A stretch of 64,000 nt of DNA, taken from assembly GCF_009914755.1 (NCBI RefSeq), contig NC_060936.1, one strand, 5' to 3'. Of the stretch, positions 60,918 to 64,000 are shown piece by piece (position 1 is the first letter of the stretch; each line of letters opens with the position of its first letter). The stretch is from the human T2T-CHM13v2.0 reference genome, Homo sapiens. Both the position numbers and the translations under genes were made by a program. The notes under the pieces were generated by a model, which ran no database searches, was not told the origin of the DNA, and worked only from the letters and a program-made list of their open reading frames with translations.

Positions 60918-63900
60918 AAATCAAATTATTATAGGAATTTTGAACAAATCACTTGCATAGATGTAAAAAATTGAGATATTTTCTAGAAATGTGTGGTGTC
61001 ATTATTTTTCTGAAACTACTTATAATATACTTGGTTAGGTTTGGAGGGATGACATGCTACAGCAACCGAGAACAGACTCTTTCAACTCTCTTTCATGAGT
61101 GTCAACATGCCTCTCATTAATTTATTTACATAGAGTTTTAGTTTGTTGGAAAAAAATTTCTGCCTTTTCTACTTATTATCCATGGAATTTTGGGCAAATA
61201 ACTCTATTTCCTCATCTGTAAAAAGGGCAGCTACTGGTGTCTACCCTAAAAGATATCAGTAAAATTCATTAAACTGTTTCATAAAGTATAGACCACTTAT
61301 ATACATTTGTGATATAATCTTTACCGTGTCATTTGAAGCACATTTATAAGGTTTTAAAACCTCTATTTTTATATTTAAGGTTGCACAAGATGATATGCAT
61401 GGTTCTATGGCTCTAAGATCTTCCATTGTAACTTGACATTTGAATATTCATTTTTTGATTGTCCACAGTTGTTTTTATTAAGTTTTTCTTAATTGCAGAG
61501 AATAATAACTCAAATAACCTTAAGCAAAAAGCAATTTGATAAGAGAACGTACATATTGGAATGGGAAGACAAAAGTCAACAGGAAAGAACACAACTATCC
61601 TTCTTGTAGGGTCTGCAATGTCATATTCACTCTCTGTCCCTTGGTCTCCCTCTGTCTTTCTCTCTTTTTCAGTGATTCTCATTTCAATTTAAACTTTATC
61701 TGAAGGCCAGCTTCTCTATTTAGTCATTGTTAATATTTCCTTATAATTTAGACTTGCAAACAGATTTTAACTTCCCATGACCTTACCCCACCTCTTACCA
61801 TTCTTATTACTCTTACCATTCTTATTATATTACTTTGACCAAGTATAATACAAAATATGGCACCTGCCTTCAGCAGAGCCTTGACCCTAGGTCCTTCTTC
61901 CGCAGTGATGTGGGATGGTGAGCAATGATCGTCTCTATTAAGTATGGTTGGCATCGTCAAAATTATTTCAGGTAAAAAACACAAGCATGGGGAATTTAGC
62001 AAGATGGGTATGACTATCCCCTCATCTATTTTGTGCATTGAGTACAGATCCATACTTTTATTATGACAGCCTGAAATTATGTAAGCCAGGGAACAAAACC
62101 TCTCTAAAATGCGGGGGAAATATAGGTGGGAAATAGAGTTGAATGAAGGTTGGAATTTAAGCATAAGAGACAGACCGGGAAGAAAATGGTCCTAAAAGTA
62201 ATATTACAAAAATGGTATTTCTTCATATAATGTGGTTTTTCTAATCACTGAGGGAGCAAAAAAATTAAAATACGAGTTTATGAAACGTAATGAAAACACA
62301 ACAAATCTCAACACCATGATTGCCAATGACCTGAAGATCAAGAGCATTTTGTTGTCAGATCATTTAGGCTGTGGTTTTCCCAAAGACTACTCTCTAGAAC
62401 TAGTGTCATACTTGGGTAATAGCACTTTGAAGACTCTGTAGTTAGTGTCTTAATAGATAAAAATTAGTTGTCAGACACATCTCCAGGTCATTTAATCTCT
62501 TTCATTTTATCCCTCTAAAATATTTCTGCTAAAGCACCCAAATAACACAACTAATCTTTAATAATCCACTTAGTATTTCCACAAAAGATTTGCATGTTTC
62601 ACTGATATTTTGGTAGCTGCTTCTTGAGTTTATGAAGGATCAAACACATCAAGAAATTTACTATAATTTTATTTTGCATCAATTTTCTAAAATATTACCA
62701 ATGGTTTATTAGCCACTAAAATATCAGAATTAACCTATTACTTAGCAATATAATTTTCTTAATTCTTAGTCACACTTCACCCTAATGCAGATCTCTCAAA
62801 AATCTAGTTTAATTCAATATGAAGGATAAAGAAAATCAGATCCAATGCACAAGTAATAAATATGTGGCTCTTGCCATGTTAATAAAATGCAAAATAAGAA
62901 AAACATCAAGAAAATGAATTACTAGTTTTGTTTTTATAAAACTTAAGCTTCCAGAGGACAAGAATGTTGTCTAACGTATGTCCAAGGTTGTGTACTGTTG
63001 GCACTTGGATATTAAAATTCAATATTTACAAGTGAAACATAATTTACTGAGCCATTCCAATGCACAAGCAAATGGGATGTATTGAATATCTTGGGATTGC
63101 TGAAATGCACTTTGATTTTATGCAACATCTTGTTAACTTTATCTGTTTTTCATAGCTCTTTTCCATTAGAGGGAGGGCAAGGGGAAAATTGGATCAAGGT
63201 CTTGCTTTTTAATACTAGGCATCAACACTATGAAAAAAAATCAAAGACACATTAATAAACTAAATATTACCTCCCACCGCTCTCTGGCTACCAGGCACAC
63301 ACAGTTCTTTCCACGGGACTCCTAAGAGGGCTTTCAATAAAGTAAAACTGTGATTTTGACATTTTTCTTGCTCGCTGCCAGGAAATTCTAAATTGAGTCC
63401 CAGTTGTTTTTCAGATTAATCCATTGGAGAAAAGAGAATCTGAACACAGTATTTTACAACTTTTTGAAAATGCATTTAGGCTAAATTTAGGTCTGGGTAT
63501 ATGTATATATCGCTAATTATAAAATGGTCCTCTTACATCAAGCACACCTTAGGAACATGGCTGTTAAAAAAGATGAGGTAAGGCATTTCTAACATGTAAG
63601 AGCAAATTTTCTGTGAATAGTAGGAACCAAATGTTTATTAAAATATTTTTAAGACATGCTATATTTTAAAAACTGGCCTGCTTTTAAGAATTGAACTATT
63701 TTCTCTCTTAAAATCATAAAAATAAAGAAAAATATCTACTGATAGCTTCGCTATTTGTGTTACATCTAGGAAGAAAATAGTACTTTTTATGAAACCTTAC
63801 TCAATGAGACTTATGCTTTGAGTTCTTCACTCATATGTCAAACAGGTAAATGCACAAGGTGCATTTCAAAATCAAAAGATGCTAGTGATTTCCATATTTG

Positions 63901-64000
63901 CTTTCTGATCTTTTCTAACACACTCTAGGAATGGCTCCCCAGGAAGGGCACCTCGAAGCCTTCACCGGCGAAGAATACAGTGGGCTCGGTCCCTAGATAT

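Noticed and set aside
61748-62164. 138-aa minus-strand ORF
   Set aside because: No recognisable domain, includes a tandem-duplication-derived segment (IRMVRVIRMVR), and lacks a usable minus-strand acceptor.

Overview
AT-rich, CpG-poor, repeat-dense primate (human or great-ape type) non-coding DNA, either intergenic or deep intronic. I cannot identify the locus and found no supportable host protein-coding exon, RNA gene, CRISPR array or prokaryotic system. The only recognisable proteins are broken LINE-1 ORF2 fragments. Mobile elements: a young L1PA2-like insertion (30602-33984) and an older L1PA insertion (57184-57978), both with twin-priming 5' inversions and perfect 15-bp TSDs; an old ~3.1-kb L1MA; a two-LTR MaLR provirus; solo LTRs (MER4-, MER50-, MLT1-, MST-like); DNA transposons (MER1A, MER46/Tigger4, ORSL-like); nine Alu/FLAM copies; MIR/L2 remnants and microsatellites. 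The most unusual structure is a ~250-bp local segment copied into an MST LTR without poly(A) or TSD. Its donor 1.2 kb downstream was then hit by the inverted L1, so the copy preserves the empty site. Also noted: a 3 x 42-bp minisatellite with six CCAAT boxes, a mosaic AluSg/AluY, and repeat-free CpG-retaining blocks that may be enhancers. Subfamily names come from recalled consensus motifs, not a database search; boundaries of old repeats are approximate. Nothing here amounts to a demonstrably new biological system.
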